In this document: piece by piece, positions 1 to 12,886 of the stretch | How positions within the stretch are numbered: the first letter of the stretch is position 1 | Layout: every line of letters starts with the position of its first letter | Assembly: GCA_029258795.1 (NCBI GenBank) | Contig: JAPDKB010000002.1 | Coordinates: 32,001 to 96,000 of the forward strand | Direction of reading: 5' to 3' | Length of the DNA: 64,000 bases | DNA from: an archaeon | GTDB lineage: Archaea; EX4484-52; WAPT01 | Made by a program: the position numbers and the translations under genes | Notes under the pieces: model-generated | Told to the model about the DNA's origin: nothing | The model's input: only the letters and a program-made list of their open reading frames with translations | The model's database searches: none

Positions 1-123
1 GCGCCGGTGGTCTAGGGGTATGACTGCGGCCTTCCAAGCCGCCAGCCCGGGTTCGAATGCTGCGGAAGCAGAGCTTGAAAGCTTGTGGTTGCTCCGCGGC
101 TGAAAATCCCGGCCGGCGCACCA
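1..123 (+). tRNA. tRNA-Gly(TCC) with 49-nt T-loop intron (58-106, position 59/60); CCA encoded
   Basis: Acceptor GCGCCGG/CCGGCGC; anticodon arm GCGGC-CTTCCAA-GCCGC; T arm CCGGG-TTCGAA|T-CCCGG split by a BHB-bounded insert. Confidence 0.93.
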
Positions 124-226
124 ACCAACCATAAATCCCTGATTCTTTCGGTGTTGAAAGGGAAGATTAATATATATCTTCTTCACAAAAATTTCATCAG
201 GTGTCTTAAAATATTTAGATATTGGG

Positions 227-2215
227 TTGATGGTCATGAGCTTGAGAGCCGTGCTCAAAAAAATGGGACAGTATCAGGGAAATTTGGGAAGCAAAAGCAT
301 GGCAAATACATCACAATCTCAGATTAGAACTAACACTGTTTCATCAGGAAAAAACGTTGTTAACGTGCAAAAAATCCCGAAGGTTAATCACCTCATTCTC
401 AGAATGGCACAGAAGCTGAAGGAATACGAAAAACTCCGGGAGGAAAGGAAGAGGAAGAGTGAGATTCTACCCATCTTTGCCGCTCAGGTGGAAGGTGCTG
501 GAGGCGCTTCACTTTCAGCAACACCGCCTGCTTCTTATGGCGGTGCTCCTCCCACACGATCTGGAGTGAGTGGGAGTGAAGCTGGAGCCGGCGTTTCAGC
601 GGGTGTAGAGGTGGAAGGAGCGGGGGGAGAAGTCTCGCTTACTAGTGTGTCGGGAAGTGCTCTGGGTTTAATGAAAGAGATGTTTTTCCTTACCAAAGAA
701 GTGACTGAGGAATCAAAAAGGGATATAAATATAAAGTATCCACTTGTTCCCCTTCATCCAAAACCAAATGAGCCCGTTTACGCTTGGGCACACATACACT
801 GGGACCCACGCTATCGCTCTCTCATCTACGAGGTTCATGAACCGGAGATAACTCAAGGAGAAAAAGTCCAGCTGGAAGAAATAAAAAAGATTTTGGAAGA
901 CAAAATCGATGTTTCTCTTGACCTCATAGGGAAAGGTGCGGCAATAAACTACCTCAAAAGGATGCTGAATAAGATAATAACTGCATACGGTTTCAACCTA
1001 ACGCCAAGGCAGAGGGAGGTTTTTGAATACTACGTTCTCAGGGATTTTATAGGGCTGGGTAAGATTCAACCCCTCCTGAACGACCCGAACATAGAGGACA
1101 TAAGCTGCGATGGAGTTAACATCCCTGTTTATGTGTATCACCGTGATCCAAAAATAGGTTCATTGCGAACCAACGTGATTTTTGAGAGTACAGAAGAGCT
1201 GGATGAGTTCGTGATCAAGCTTGCACAATGGTGCGGGAGAAGCATCTCGGTAGCTGAACCATTACTGGATGGAAGCCTGCCTGATGGTTCTAGAGTTCAG
1301 GCAGTTCTAAGTACTGATATAGCAAGGAGAGGCTCCAACTTCACCATAAGAAAGTTCACCAAAGACCCTCTAACTCCGGTACACCTGCTGGAATATGGAA
1401 CGTTGAATGCAAGAGCCCTCGCTTATTTATGGTATGTGGTTGAGCATAATGGCTCCATTTTGGTGGCAGGACCGACAGCTTCCGGTAAAACCACTTTACT
1501 GAACTCAATCTCCCTCTTTATAAGACCTGAGGCCAAAATAGTCAGCATAGAGGATACGCCGGAGCTTAGATTGCCGCACGAACACTGGATTCCCGAAGTT
1601 GCGAGGTCAGCTGTAAGCGCAGAAACAGGAAAAATAGGAGAGGTTACCATGTTCGATCTCGTGAAGGCATCTTTAAGACAGAGACCCGATTACATAATAG
1701 TGGGTGAAGTGAGAGGTGAAGAAGCATATATCCTATTTCAGGAAATGGCCACTGGTCATGCAGGTTTGGCAACGATTCATGCGGACTCGCTTGAAAAGCT
1801 AATAGATAGGCTTACAACCCCACCAATAAACCTTTCACCCTCTTTACTGGAGATACTCGATCTGATCATCTTTGTCAAGAGGTTGAAATACAAAGGAGAA
1901 TATGTAAGAAAAGTCACAAACATATACGAGGTTAAGGGATACGACACTGTAAAAAAGAAGCTCATATGCAACGAGGTTTTCAAGTGGGATCCCAAAAAAG
2001 ACGAGATAGTGGTCGTAAATAAATCCTATTTACTCGAGAAAATAAAGGAAATGACCGGGATCACTGATGAAGAGCTTGCGGTTGAGCTTGAGAACAGAGA
2101 AAAGTTGCTGTTGTGGGCTAAAGAAAAGGGAATAAAGGATTATAGAGATCTGGGAAAACTTCTTTCACAGTATTACGCGGATTCGGTAAGAGTCATGGAA
2201 AGTATTGAAGAATAA
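227..2215 (+). CDS. Type II/IV secretion ATPase (VirB11/FlaI/TadA-like); true start may be 299
   Basis: Walker A GPTASGKTT, IEDTPEL, LRQRPDYIIVGEVRG, His box TGH..TIH. Confidence 0.93.
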   Translation: MMVMSLRAVLKKMGQYQGNLGSKSMANTSQSQIRTNTVSSGKNVVNVQKIPKVNHLILRMAQKLKEYEKLREERKRKSEILPIFAAQVEGAGGASLSATPPASYGGAPPTRSGVSGSEAGAGVSAGVEVEGAGGEVSLTSVSGSALGLMKEMFFLTKEVTEESKRDINIKYPLVPLHPKPNEPVYAWAHIHWDPRYRSLIYEVHEPEITQGEKVQLEEIKKILEDKIDVSLDLIGKGAAINYLKRMLNKIITAYGFNLTPRQREVFEYYVLRDFIGLGKIQPLLNDPNIEDISCDGVNIPVYVYHRDPKIGSLRTNVIFESTEELDEFVIKLAQWCGRSISVAEPLLDGSLPDGSRVQAVLSTDIARRGSNFTIRKFTKDPLTPVHLLEYGTLNARALAYLWYVVEHNGSILVAGPTASGKTTLLNSISLFIRPEAKIVSIEDTPELRLPHEHWIPEVARSAVSAETGKIGEVTMFDLVKASLRQRPDYIIVGEVRGEEAYILFQEMATGHAGLATIHADSLEKLIDRLTTPPINLSPSLLEILDLIIFVKRLKYKGEYVRKVTNIYEVKGYDTVKKKLICNEVFKWDPKKDEIVVVNKSYLLEKIKEMTGITDEELAVELENREKLLLWAKEKGIKDYRDLGKLLSQYYADSVRVMESIEE

Positions 2216-2246
2216 AACTAACAACTTTCCTCACGGTGATAATTAA

Positions 2247-3152
2247 ATGGAAATGGATGATAGGAAAAAGGGTTCGTTTCTAACTTTATGGACAGGAATG
2301 TGCTACCAATGGTTTGGCTCTTTTGTAAATCAGTATTTGGTAGAAACTTTCAGAGACATGCACGTTGATCTTAGAAGGGCCATGATTCCGTTAACTTTGG
2401 TGGAGTATCTGTCTTTGGCGTTGGGCACATCAGGAGTTGTGTTCTTTTTCATGTCTATCTTCCTTACCATGTTATTCACCCTGCTTTTCAGAAGCGTGCT
2501 ATTTGGCGTATTTGCAGGAGTGCTTGGAGGTTTCGTTTTTGCTATCGGAACATTCATTCTGTTTTACCTTTACCCATCTGTTGTGGTGGGAGAAAGAAAG
2601 AAAAAGATAGATGATACCCTTCCATTTGCCACCCTTTACATGGCAACTATGGCTGGGACAGGGGCTCCAATAGTTAGCATTTTCAGAATGTTATCTAAAT
2701 TTAAGGAATATGGAGAGGTGGCAAAGGAAGCCAAAAGGGTTGTGGAAACTGTGGAAATAACAGGAGCTCCAATAACCCGTGTGCTGGAGGATGTGGCTGA
2801 AAGAACACCGTCTGAAGCTTTTAGAGAATTACTGTGGGGGATAAGAAGCACCATAACTGTAGGAGGTGATTTAAGAACCTATCTTTACGAGAAGGCAAGA
2901 GGTTTTATACAGGAATATCGAAGAAGGTTAGCTGCCTATACAAACCAACTAGTAACCTTCCTCGAAATTTACATCAATGCTGTGATAATAGGCGTGGTGT
3001 TCTTTGTTGTACTTACGAGCATAATAGGAATTTTCGGAATTGACGCGAAAACAATATTGTTTATTCATTACGCACTGATATTCGTAGCGTTACCTTTAGC
3101 ATCTGTTGGGTTCATTGTGCTAATAAGAGGTATACAACCACACTCTGAATAA
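2247..3152 (+). CDS. Type II secretion F-domain / TadC-like platform protein
   Basis: IDDTLPFATLYM and LSKFKEYGEVAKE motifs, several TM helices, follows the ATPase. Confidence 0.88.
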   Translation: MEMDDRKKGSFLTLWTGMCYQWFGSFVNQYLVETFRDMHVDLRRAMIPLTLVEYLSLALGTSGVVFFFMSIFLTMLFTLLFRSVLFGVFAGVLGGFVFAIGTFILFYLYPSVVVGERKKKIDDTLPFATLYMATMAGTGAPIVSIFRMLSKFKEYGEVAKEAKRVVETVEITGAPITRVLEDVAERTPSEAFRELLWGIRSTITVGGDLRTYLYEKARGFIQEYRRRLAAYTNQLVTFLEIYINAVIIGVVFFVVLTSIIGIFGIDAKTILFIHYALIFVALPLASVGFIVLIRGIQPHSE

Positions 3153-3156
3153 AAAA

Positions 3157-4155
3157 TTGGCGGTGCGTGTCATGTTCGAGAGTTTGCTTGGGGGAGGAAG
3201 CAAACAGAAAAAAAGGAAAACACTTGATGAAAAGAAAACGTTCTATGATTACCGTTATTTACTCATAATCATGTTCTTCATTCTTCTCTTCATAGGTATG
3301 TTGGCGAGCAGTATCAATCCAAAACTAATGTCGATGTTTGTTCTGCTTGGCATGTTTACATGCATCCTACCCTATTTTGCCCTAGAGTATTTTGAATTTG
3401 CCAAATACAAAAAAATGGAGGAATATTTTCCATTTTTTCTGAGGGACTTTGCTGAAGCCATAAGAAGCGGGATGACCTTTCCCAGTGCTTTAAGAATGAC
3501 AGCAAAGATAGATTATGGCGCTCTTTCAGTCGAGATAAGGAGGGCTGCAGCCCAGCTTTCTTGGGGCATACCTTTTGTTAAAGTGCTCCGAAGGTTTGGA
3601 GAAAGGCTCAAAGGAAGCAAGGTATTAAAACAGAGCATAGCAATTATAATAGAAACGTTCAATTCCGGAGGAGATGTTGCCACAACGATGGACTCATTGG
3701 CTGACAGCATGAGTACTATTCGTGAAATGGAACTGGAAAGGAAAGCAGCACTCCAGCAGCAGGTGATGATTATATATATTGTTTTTATCATCTTTCTGGG
3801 TTTACTTGTGGGTATAGACAAATTCCTGATAACCAGATTCATGAGCACCTTCCAGACCATAGAACAGGCATCTGAAGCTACGCAATCGATGGGTTTCGGA
3901 GGATTTCAGTTTAGAGCTGAGGATTACTGCGACTACGCCATTGCTTCTCCAGTATGCGGCTTTGGCAGGATGTTCGGGTTTTCAGGAGATGACCTATATT
4001 ACAAATCCATCTTTTTATTGATGGCGCTGATTCAAAGTGTGTGCCAGGGTATATTGATCGGAGTTATGCTTGAGAATAGCGCTAAAGCAGGATTTAAGCA
4101 CGTGGCTATAATGATGGCCCTGTCACTTGTGGCGCTTCCTATTTTCCTAGGGTGA
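3157..4155 (+). CDS. Second TadC/FlaJ-like platform protein
   Basis: FPFFLRDFAEAIRSG, DYGALSVEI, QLSWG, SGGDV motifs. Confidence 0.88.
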   Translation: MAVRVMFESLLGGGSKQKKRKTLDEKKTFYDYRYLLIIMFFILLFIGMLASSINPKLMSMFVLLGMFTCILPYFALEYFEFAKYKKMEEYFPFFLRDFAEAIRSGMTFPSALRMTAKIDYGALSVEIRRAAAQLSWGIPFVKVLRRFGERLKGSKVLKQSIAIIIETFNSGGDVATTMDSLADSMSTIREMELERKAALQQQVMIIYIVFIIFLGLLVGIDKFLITRFMSTFQTIEQASEATQSMGFGGFQFRAEDYCDYAIASPVCGFGRMFGFSGDDLYYKSIFLLMALIQSVCQGILIGVMLENSAKAGFKHVAIMMALSLVALPIFLG

Positions 4156-4161
4156 TGAAAG

Positions 4162-4866
4162 TTGAAAATGAAAAAAGCTCAGACGAATCTTGATTTTGCA
4201 ACCAGTATAAGTGTCTTTATAGTAGTGCTGGGTTTCTATTTTTATTATGTTTCAGGTCAGATAGCGGCAAGCACTGTGAAGCTAGATGAATTGAAGGGCG
4301 AATCAGAATGCGCACTAGCAGCAACGGCTTTGATGAACAAGTTGGTGCTGAACAATATGAGTTTGAATGAAAATTATTTCAATTCTGCTATTAAGGGGTG
4401 TATCGTATCCCCTCCACCTAATTCTCCAGACTGGGACGCTTACCAAGCCTTTCTTCAAAGCATAAATCTCACGAAAAGAAGCGCGTACTTAAGGATGGAT
4501 TTACTCCTCACAACTTCATACCTCATGAAAGTAACGGAAGAGTACACAGAAGGCACTCTCTATTTTAATCACAAAACCTATCCTGTGGTGTGTAATGTAA
4601 CTGCAAATTCAATTATGATAAATAATACGGGGCCGTATAAGGTTGGGGCGAATGTAACACTTGACAGTGTGAAGTTTACTGTTCATTGGATTGATCCCTC
4701 TTGCCAATACGCTGTGCTGAAGAATGTGAGGCCCTTCCACCAGTGTGGTGCTCTTCCTTCAATAGCATTAAGTGGTAGAGGTATTGGGGGAGGAAGGCAA
4801 GTGAAATATGTGTTCTTTGCTGTTAAGGATGGACAGCTTCTCAGGGTGACGTTTTTATGCATGTAA
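4162..4866 (+). CDS. Prepilin-like protein with class III signal peptide
   Basis: MKKAQ followed by a hydrophobic helix; in pilus operon. Confidence 0.7.
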   Translation: MKMKKAQTNLDFATSISVFIVVLGFYFYYVSGQIAASTVKLDELKGESECALAATALMNKLVLNNMSLNENYFNSAIKGCIVSPPPNSPDWDAYQAFLQSINLTKRSAYLRMDLLLTTSYLMKVTEEYTEGTLYFNHKTYPVVCNVTANSIMINNTGPYKVGANVTLDSVKFTVHWIDPSCQYAVLKNVRPFHQCGALPSIALSGRGIGGGRQVKYVFFAVKDGQLLRVTFLCM

Positions 4867-6545
4867 AAAAGAAAGGATTCCTAAAAACTCTTGAGGCAGT
4901 TATAGCAGGATTACTTCTCCTTTCCTACATGGTGTGGTTCTCCGCAAAGCCAGTGGAGGTGAGAGGGCTGGAAGCGAAGAACTACAAGCTTTATGCAACC
5001 CTTCTCATGGCTTCATTGAATTCAAACGTCTCGGATGTGCTTTTGAAAGCAGATGAAGATAGCGCATCAGAACTTTTAAGGGAGCTCAGTGGAACGGAGG
5101 CGAGGATGAGGTTTCACCTCAAAGAAATTCCTAGGAAGGAGATATGGGTAGGATATCTTCTTGAACCAAAAAACAAGCACAATGTGACTTTAGATCTATC
5201 CGTCGATGAAACAAATTGTAGTAGCACCTCCAAATGCACCGTTTTTGGAGCGAAAAGCACCTGTGCAGAATTTAGGTTGGGCTCTCACACGTTGTATTTC
5301 GTTAACAGAACTTATGTGGCTCCATTAAATTCTAGCGACCAGTGTGATCCCAACTTGCTTATACCCGTACAAGGGTACTTTGATTACAACGGAAAAGAAT
5401 ATTACGTCTTTGCTCGGGTTATCCAGAATTCACAATCTAACTATACATTGGTTTTTCTTAATCACACAACTTATCAAATAAACTTCTACAATCCACATCC
5501 TTCATTGTTCCACAGATTTTATTTGAATGGAAAGGAAATTTACCTTTATTTCACCCCCGTGACTTACGACATGCTAACTCTAGATTTAGATGCGATCATT
5601 ATTGTCAATAGAACACTAGCTCAGATAAGCGATGATGAACTGGAAGCAATTTCAAGATTTGCGGAAAGTGGTGGTGGAATCCTGTTGGTCAATGATGTGG
5701 ATAAACAGTATGACATTCTAAATCTCATTGGACTAAAATGGAACGGTTCAGCATCCGGACCAGATGGAAGTGATAGTGTGTTTTTAGATATTCTCAAAAA
5801 AAACTATGTTAAAGGTTACGAATTCGTTGAGTTTTTCGAACACGCTTATTATCCTGTAACAATGGACTATTTGAATCTTTCACGACCTGGTGTGAATGTA
5901 AGTTGTATTTCTTATTCTGGAATTGTTTTTGAGGGAAATCTCACTGTGAGGGATAAGGTATATCCGTTTATCGTGGTGAACGATACAACATCTCCGTTTT
6001 ACGATACTGTTTATGTTAGTAAGGACGGTGACTGGGATTTCTGTGATGGTGACAACAGCACTCCCATAAAAGAAAAAGATGTGTTTGAGCTGGAGGATAG
6101 CAGCAGTGGTGTGGTAAACAACATCACACTGGAAAAAATACCGGGGACTCTACATACTGGGGCAGTGTACTTTACATTTAACAGGAATCACAGATTTAGA
6201 GATATGTCTCTGGCTGTTGGCACAAATAAGAACATGCTCATCCCCGTCAAAAACGACACAACCAGAATAATCATTCATTCAGAAATGGAACGGGTTGGGG
6301 GTACATTTCCAGCTCCTGTACTCATATTACAGGAGATAAATAATACCTACCGAGCTGGATGGATGACCTCGAGCTTAAAAGGAGATGATGAATGGAAGAT
6401 ACTAAGAGATGCGGTGCTCTGGGTTGCAAGAAAGGTATCCTATGCAGCGTTACGCGAGCAAGGTTACACATATTCAGTATCCTTCCCCATTGCATGGGTC
6501 AACGAAACAAAACTGATGGGTATAGCCGAGTTGAGAATATGGTGA
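4857..6545 (+). CDS. Large prepilin-like/adhesin protein with class III signal peptide
   Basis: KKKG|FLKTLEAVIA N-terminus; many N-x-S/T sequons; Cys pairs. Confidence 0.65.
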   Translation: MHVKKKGFLKTLEAVIAGLLLLSYMVWFSAKPVEVRGLEAKNYKLYATLLMASLNSNVSDVLLKADEDSASELLRELSGTEARMRFHLKEIPRKEIWVGYLLEPKNKHNVTLDLSVDETNCSSTSKCTVFGAKSTCAEFRLGSHTLYFVNRTYVAPLNSSDQCDPNLLIPVQGYFDYNGKEYYVFARVIQNSQSNYTLVFLNHTTYQINFYNPHPSLFHRFYLNGKEIYLYFTPVTYDMLTLDLDAIIIVNRTLAQISDDELEAISRFAESGGGILLVNDVDKQYDILNLIGLKWNGSASGPDGSDSVFLDILKKNYVKGYEFVEFFEHAYYPVTMDYLNLSRPGVNVSCISYSGIVFEGNLTVRDKVYPFIVVNDTTSPFYDTVYVSKDGDWDFCDGDNSTPIKEKDVFELEDSSSGVVNNITLEKIPGTLHTGAVYFTFNRNHRFRDMSLAVGTNKNMLIPVKNDTTRIIIHSEMERVGGTFPAPVLILQEINNTYRAGWMTSSLKGDDEWKILRDAVLWVARKVSYAALREQGYTYSVSFPIAWVNETKLMGIAELRIW

Positions 6546-6925
6546 TTGTTGTGAAGAGAAAAATTAGCTTCCTTTCAAGAAGAAAAGGGCAGTTTTATAT
6601 ACTGGGGGTTGTAGTACTTCTAATCTCTTTCGGACATTTGCTTGCATCTCTTGGAGGAAATGTCATTTTTGATTTCAGTACTGTGCTTGGCGCTACCCAT
6701 TACATGTTAAACTTCAAGATAACCAAAGATATAGAATTGCTTAACCAGACGTGTGGTCAAGATGAGCTTGACATCTATGTGCCATGGTACATGACGCTGG
6801 TTGAGAGGGAATACGGAAAGCGAGGTGTAATAATAAGGTGGTACTACGATCCAAATAATCGCCTGTTAAAATACAAAATCTATGCTGAAAATTATTACCT
6901 TGAAAAAGAGCTAGTACTCAAATAG
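6539..6925 (+). CDS. Small prepilin-like protein
   Basis: RRKGQFYILGVVVLL signal; start placed at the ATG overlapping the previous stop. Confidence 0.65.
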   Translation: MVIVVKRKISFLSRRKGQFYILGVVVLLISFGHLLASLGGNVIFDFSTVLGATHYMLNFKITKDIELLNQTCGQDELDIYVPWYMTLVEREYGKRGVIIRWYYDPNNRLLKYKIYAENYYLEKELVLK

Positions 6926-8093
6926 CAGCTTCCTCCCCAAAAGCTTTTCTGAACGCGTCACTATCTTTCTCTTTCATCAACCTGAGAAGGGGCAAATACG
7001 AGCGTGCAACCTTCTTTGAACAGTGGAGCTGCTTGCTGAGTTTTTCAAGTAAGGCAGACATCCTTTCCCTTTCTTCTTTCGTCTGGGTCCATTTTTTCAG
7101 TTTTGAGGGATACCTGTACTTCACGAACTTCCTGTACTTTTCATCCTTTGCTGTTGCAACTCCGATGGAAAGGAGCTGCAGCACGTAAATTATGAAGCGC
7201 CAGTATTGCTGTCTTCTTATCCTCCCCCTGAACACGTCAGCTCTCGAGATGAAGTAGTAAGCTCTTTTTAGGTCGGGAGATTTCTCATACTCCAAAGGCA
7301 CATTTTCTCTTATCCACAGCATGAACTCATCTGGATCTTTATCCAGATTTGACACCGCCCAGTTTGCAACTTCAGCACGTTCCGTCTTGAATATTATTCG
7401 GAGCGCTTCGAAAATGTTCCTTTCGGTGTCTCTGTAGCCGGCTATTTTGACATCCTCAGCAGTTATCCTCTTCTTTCCCTGAGCTATTATTTGCAAATCG
7501 TTTATTGCCGCTTTCAAATCGCCGTTAGCATTGTTGGCTATCGTGTTTATCGCTTCTTCCTCGAAAGTTATGCCCTCCTTTATGAGGATTTCTTTCAGCC
7601 TTCTCGCTATGCTTCTCGTGTCTATCTTCTTGAATTCTATCATTTCACAGTAATCGCGTAACGGTCTTAAGGCGGGGACATAAGCGTCGTTGGCAATGAG
7701 GATTACTGGAAACTTGCTCTTCTTTATGATGTTGATTATCTCAGCCACAGCTCCTTTATCCTCGCTTCCAGCTATGCCATCTACCTCATCAAACACCATT
7801 AACTTCCCCCTGTGGAACAGTGATGCCTGCTGAAGCGCATCTTCGAACTTGTCCCTCAGAACATCTGCTGACCTCACATCAGAGGCGTTGGTTTCTATGA
7901 GAAGGTAGTTGAACTTTTTTGCGAGCAGACCCATGAGCGTGGTTTTTCCCACCCCCGGCGGGCCATAAATGAGAAGGGCTTTCTTTTTCTCATTCTTCCA
8001 GTTCTCAATCCACCTGACTATTCTGGCTACAGCTTCTCTATTTCCTATGAACTCTTCAAGAGTTTTGGGAGCATGTTTATGGATCCACAGCAT
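6918..8093 (-). CDS. rfcL: Replication factor C large subunit
   Basis: WIHKHAP, GPPGVGKTT, ETNASD, FDEVDG, GDLKAAINDLQ. Confidence 0.93.
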   Translation of the reverse strand: MLWIHKHAPKTLEEFIGNREAVARIVRWIENWKNEKKKALLIYGPPGVGKTTLMGLLAKKFNYLLIETNASDVRSADVLRDKFEDALQQASLFHRGKLMVFDEVDGIAGSEDKGAVAEIINIIKKSKFPVILIANDAYVPALRPLRDYCEMIEFKKIDTRSIARRLKEILIKEGITFEEEAINTIANNANGDLKAAINDLQIIAQGKKRITAEDVKIAGYRDTERNIFEALRIIFKTERAEVANWAVSNLDKDPDEFMLWIRENVPLEYEKSPDLKRAYYFISRADVFRGRIRRQQYWRFIIYVLQLLSIGVATAKDEKYRKFVKYRYPSKLKKWTQTKEERERMSALLEKLSKQLHCSKKVARSYLPLLRLMKEKDSDAFRKAFGEEAAI

Positions 8094-8173
8094 AAAAATA
8101 AAATGTGGAAAGAAAAAGATTTAAAGGGAAGATGAGCAGCGCTGCTCTGCCCACCCTATCTTACATACTCACT

Positions 8174-10357
<2,184 letters not shown>

Positions 10358-10430
10358 TCACCTCCAGTGAATTCTGTGATGAACTTGTGAGCATGAAACG
10401 AAGTGGGAAAAATGAAAGGAGCTTGTGACA

Positions 10431-10913
10431 TCACTCAACTTTAACCTTCTTCGCCTTGCCGCTCTCCTTGACCTTGGGTATTCTGATTTCAAGCACACCG
10501 TTCTTGTAGGTCGCTTTGGCTTCCTCTGGCTTCACTTCGGTTGGAAGCGGTATCATCCTGTAGAATCCTTTGTAACTTCTCTCAACCCTGTACACACCTT
10601 CCTTCTCCTCCTTTGCCTCGATCTTCACCTCAGCTTTCACTTCCACGCTGTTCTCTGTAACGTTGACTTCAATGTCTTCCTTCCTCACACCCGGAAGCTC
10701 TACCGTCACCACAACTTCTTTGTCAGTCTCAAACACATCAGCTAGTGGCTCCCTGAAGCCACGCAGCTCTTCCATCGCTGGACCTTCCCATCTGAACCTG
10801 AAGCGCGCCGGTCCAACTCCAAAATCCCACTCCTCTTCAAAAAGCCTTTCCATCCTGTCTATCATCCTGCGCATCTCCTCAAAAGGATCGCGCCTCCACA
10901 CCATCGGCATCAC
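10431..10913 (-). CDS. hsp20: Small heat shock protein (Hsp20/alpha-crystallin)
   Basis: ELPGVRKEDI, ATYKNGVLEIRIPK, C-terminal VKVE. Confidence 0.95.
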   Translation of the reverse strand: MMPMVWRRDPFEEMRRMIDRMERLFEEEWDFGVGPARFRFRWEGPAMEELRGFREPLADVFETDKEVVVTVELPGVRKEDIEVNVTENSVEVKAEVKIEAKEEKEGVYRVERSYKGFYRMIPLPTEVKPEEAKATYKNGVLEIRIPKVKESGKAKKVKVE

Positions 10914-10947
10914 CCCCCACTTTTTATTTTTCGATAAGTTGTATGTT

Positions 10948-10968
10948 TTGTCGAAATGATTTCGACAA
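10948..10968. promoter_or_regulatory. Perfect inverted repeat, candidate operator between hsp20 and the wHTH regulator
   Basis: TTGTCGAAAT-G-ATTTCGACAA. Confidence 0.6.
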
Positions 10969-11022
10969 TATTAATATTTTATCAAAAAATATATAAACTT
11001 TTCGAATACAGTAATTTTAATT

Positions 11023-11427
11023 ATGGTGCGCAGGGAGATCATCATAAAAGAAAGGCGCATGCCGGAAAGGGAGGAAGTGGAGGATTTGATGGAATGGGTG
11101 TGTGAGTGTCTGGGTCTGGTTAAGGGTAGAGATACCGATAAAACCTCTGCCAAACTCCTCATGTGCTTTTTGCGTCACAGCATGAAAAACGAATCAGCCA
11201 CACCCGAAATTATGGCTTCTGAGCTCAACCTTTCCAGAAGCACAGTTATCCACCACCTCCAAAAGTATGTGAAGTCGGGGCTTATCATTCGAACTTCCAA
11301 GGGTTATGAGCTTAGAGAGAGAACGCTGGAAGAGACCTTAGCGGAAATAGAGAAAGATGTGGAAAGAGAGTTCGAAAGAATAAGAAAAATAGCAAGAAAA
11401 ATAGACGAAGCTCTGAAAGGATTATGA
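11023..11427 (+). CDS. Winged HTH (ArsR/TrmB-like) transcription regulator
   Basis: MASELNLSRSTVIHHLQKYVKSGLI HTH; divergent from hsp20. Confidence 0.85.
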   Translation: MVRREIIIKERRMPEREEVEDLMEWVCECLGLVKGRDTDKTSAKLLMCFLRHSMKNESATPEIMASELNLSRSTVIHHLQKYVKSGLIIRTSKGYELRERTLEETLAEIEKDVEREFERIRKIARKIDEALKGL

Positions 11428-11435
11428 CGATGCAT

Positions 11436-12110
11436 TTACTCCTCTTCTGCTTTCTTTCCCACGAAGAGGCAACAGTCATCACCCATTGCTTCGCACTTCA
11501 CCTCATGCACCTCGATTTTCTTTCCTGTTAATGCCGTGAAAACTCCCGCTATAACACCGCAAAGGAAGTGGCAGTAGGGTTCTGTGGTTTTCTTTCCGCT
11601 TTGTTTGATGATGGCGCTCTCAAAACAGTTTCTCATCTCCACAACAACCTCTCCAGTGCTGGCATCCGAATACAGAATTCGTGATTCTCCGAACCATCCG
11701 GCATGCATACCATAACCAAGCACTTTGGAACACTGCTCCTCCACGCTGGTTCCTTTTACCTTACTAAGTTTTGAGACATCAAAACCAGATTTCATCATAA
11801 CTCCAAGCTTTGATCCTATCCCTGCCTTTGCCATCCTGTTGAACATGTTTCCAATGTCCTCCCCAGCCCTAAACCCAAAGTCGTGCAGAACTCTCTTCTG
11901 CATCGCTGGACCGAGGGTCTTTCCCAGTGCTTCCTTAACATCGTTGAAAACCACATAGTTTATGAGAAGCACCCTCCTTCCGTGAAAAGCCATAACTCCA
12001 TCATCACTCGGCATGATCGGTGTGAGCTTGGGCGTCAACCCATAAAATGCATCCCTAACTTCTTCCAGATACTTTATCTTTTCCTCGTTGAACTGTTTAA
12101 TTTCCTCCAT
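11436..12110 (-). CDS. V4R domain protein
   Basis: NCFES, PYCHFLCG, EVKCEAMGDDCCLF; GAGGTGA RBS upstream of ATG 12110. Confidence 0.85.
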   Translation of the reverse strand: MEEIKQFNEEKIKYLEEVRDAFYGLTPKLTPIMPSDDGVMAFHGRRVLLINYVVFNDVKEALGKTLGPAMQKRVLHDFGFRAGEDIGNMFNRMAKAGIGSKLGVMMKSGFDVSKLSKVKGTSVEEQCSKVLGYGMHAGWFGESRILYSDASTGEVVVEMRNCFESAIIKQSGKKTTEPYCHFLCGVIAGVFTALTGKKIEVHEVKCEAMGDDCCLFVGKKAEEE

Positions 12111-12388
12111 ACTTTTCACCTCTAACATTTCGATTGGATTGGAGCGAGTCGATATTTTCCAAATTCTAGATAGTTCACTGTTTGAATTCCGTATATATAG
12201 ATATCCTAACAAATTGTCGAACATTTAGTCAATTAACGTAGTGTTAAATCAAAAAATTGGAGGTTGTGCTCCCTTCCTTTGAGGTGGCAGAACTCCAGTA
12301 AAACATTTAAAAATATTACCCAACACAAACAATACATCTTATCCTGATGCGATTAATTTTTGGTCAAAAATTTTACGGGTGTGTTTGA

Positions 12389-12823
12389 ATGGCTACCGTG
12401 TATGATGTGGACCCCAACATGCTGATTGAGAGAGCGGCACAGAAGTTAAAAGAAGTCAAAGAGATAAAGCCGCCGGTCTGGGCAGCTTACGTTAAGACAG
12501 GCATGCATAAGGAAAGGATTCCTGACCAGCCGGACTGGTGGTATTATAGAGCTGCAGCCGTTTTACGCCAGATATACTTGAGGCCGCGCGGCGTTTCCAG
12601 GTTGAGGAGGAAATATGGTGGAAAAAAGAACAGAGGTCATGCTCCAGAGAAGTTTTATCCCGGGAGCGGTAGCATAATCAGGAAATGCTTGCAGCAGCTG
12701 GAAGCGGCTGGCTTCGTTAAGAAAGGTCCCAAAGGAAGGGAGATAACCCCCACAGGCAGAAGCTTTTTGGATAAGATTGCAACGGAAATAGCAAAGGAAA
12801 TGGAAAAGGTAGTGAAAGCGTGA
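12389..12823 (+). CDS. rps19e: 30S ribosomal protein S19e
   Basis: [35 protein letters not shown]. Confidence 0.97.
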   Translation: MATVYDVDPNMLIERAAQKLKEVKEIKPPVWAAYVKTGMHKERIPDQPDWWYYRAAAVLRQIYLRPRGVSRLRRKYGGKKNRGHAPEKFYPGSGSIIRKCLQQLEAAGFVKKGPKGREITPTGRSFLDKIATEIAKEMEKVVKA

Positions 12824-12886
12824 TGGGACAGCTCCACACTCTCAATGGCGACCCTTGATTTATTATTGCGCCCGGGTGCATGCTCG

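Noticed and set aside
6392-6538. Upstream start for the third prepilin
   Set aside because: It overlaps the previous gene by about 150 nt; the signal peptide fits a start at 6539.
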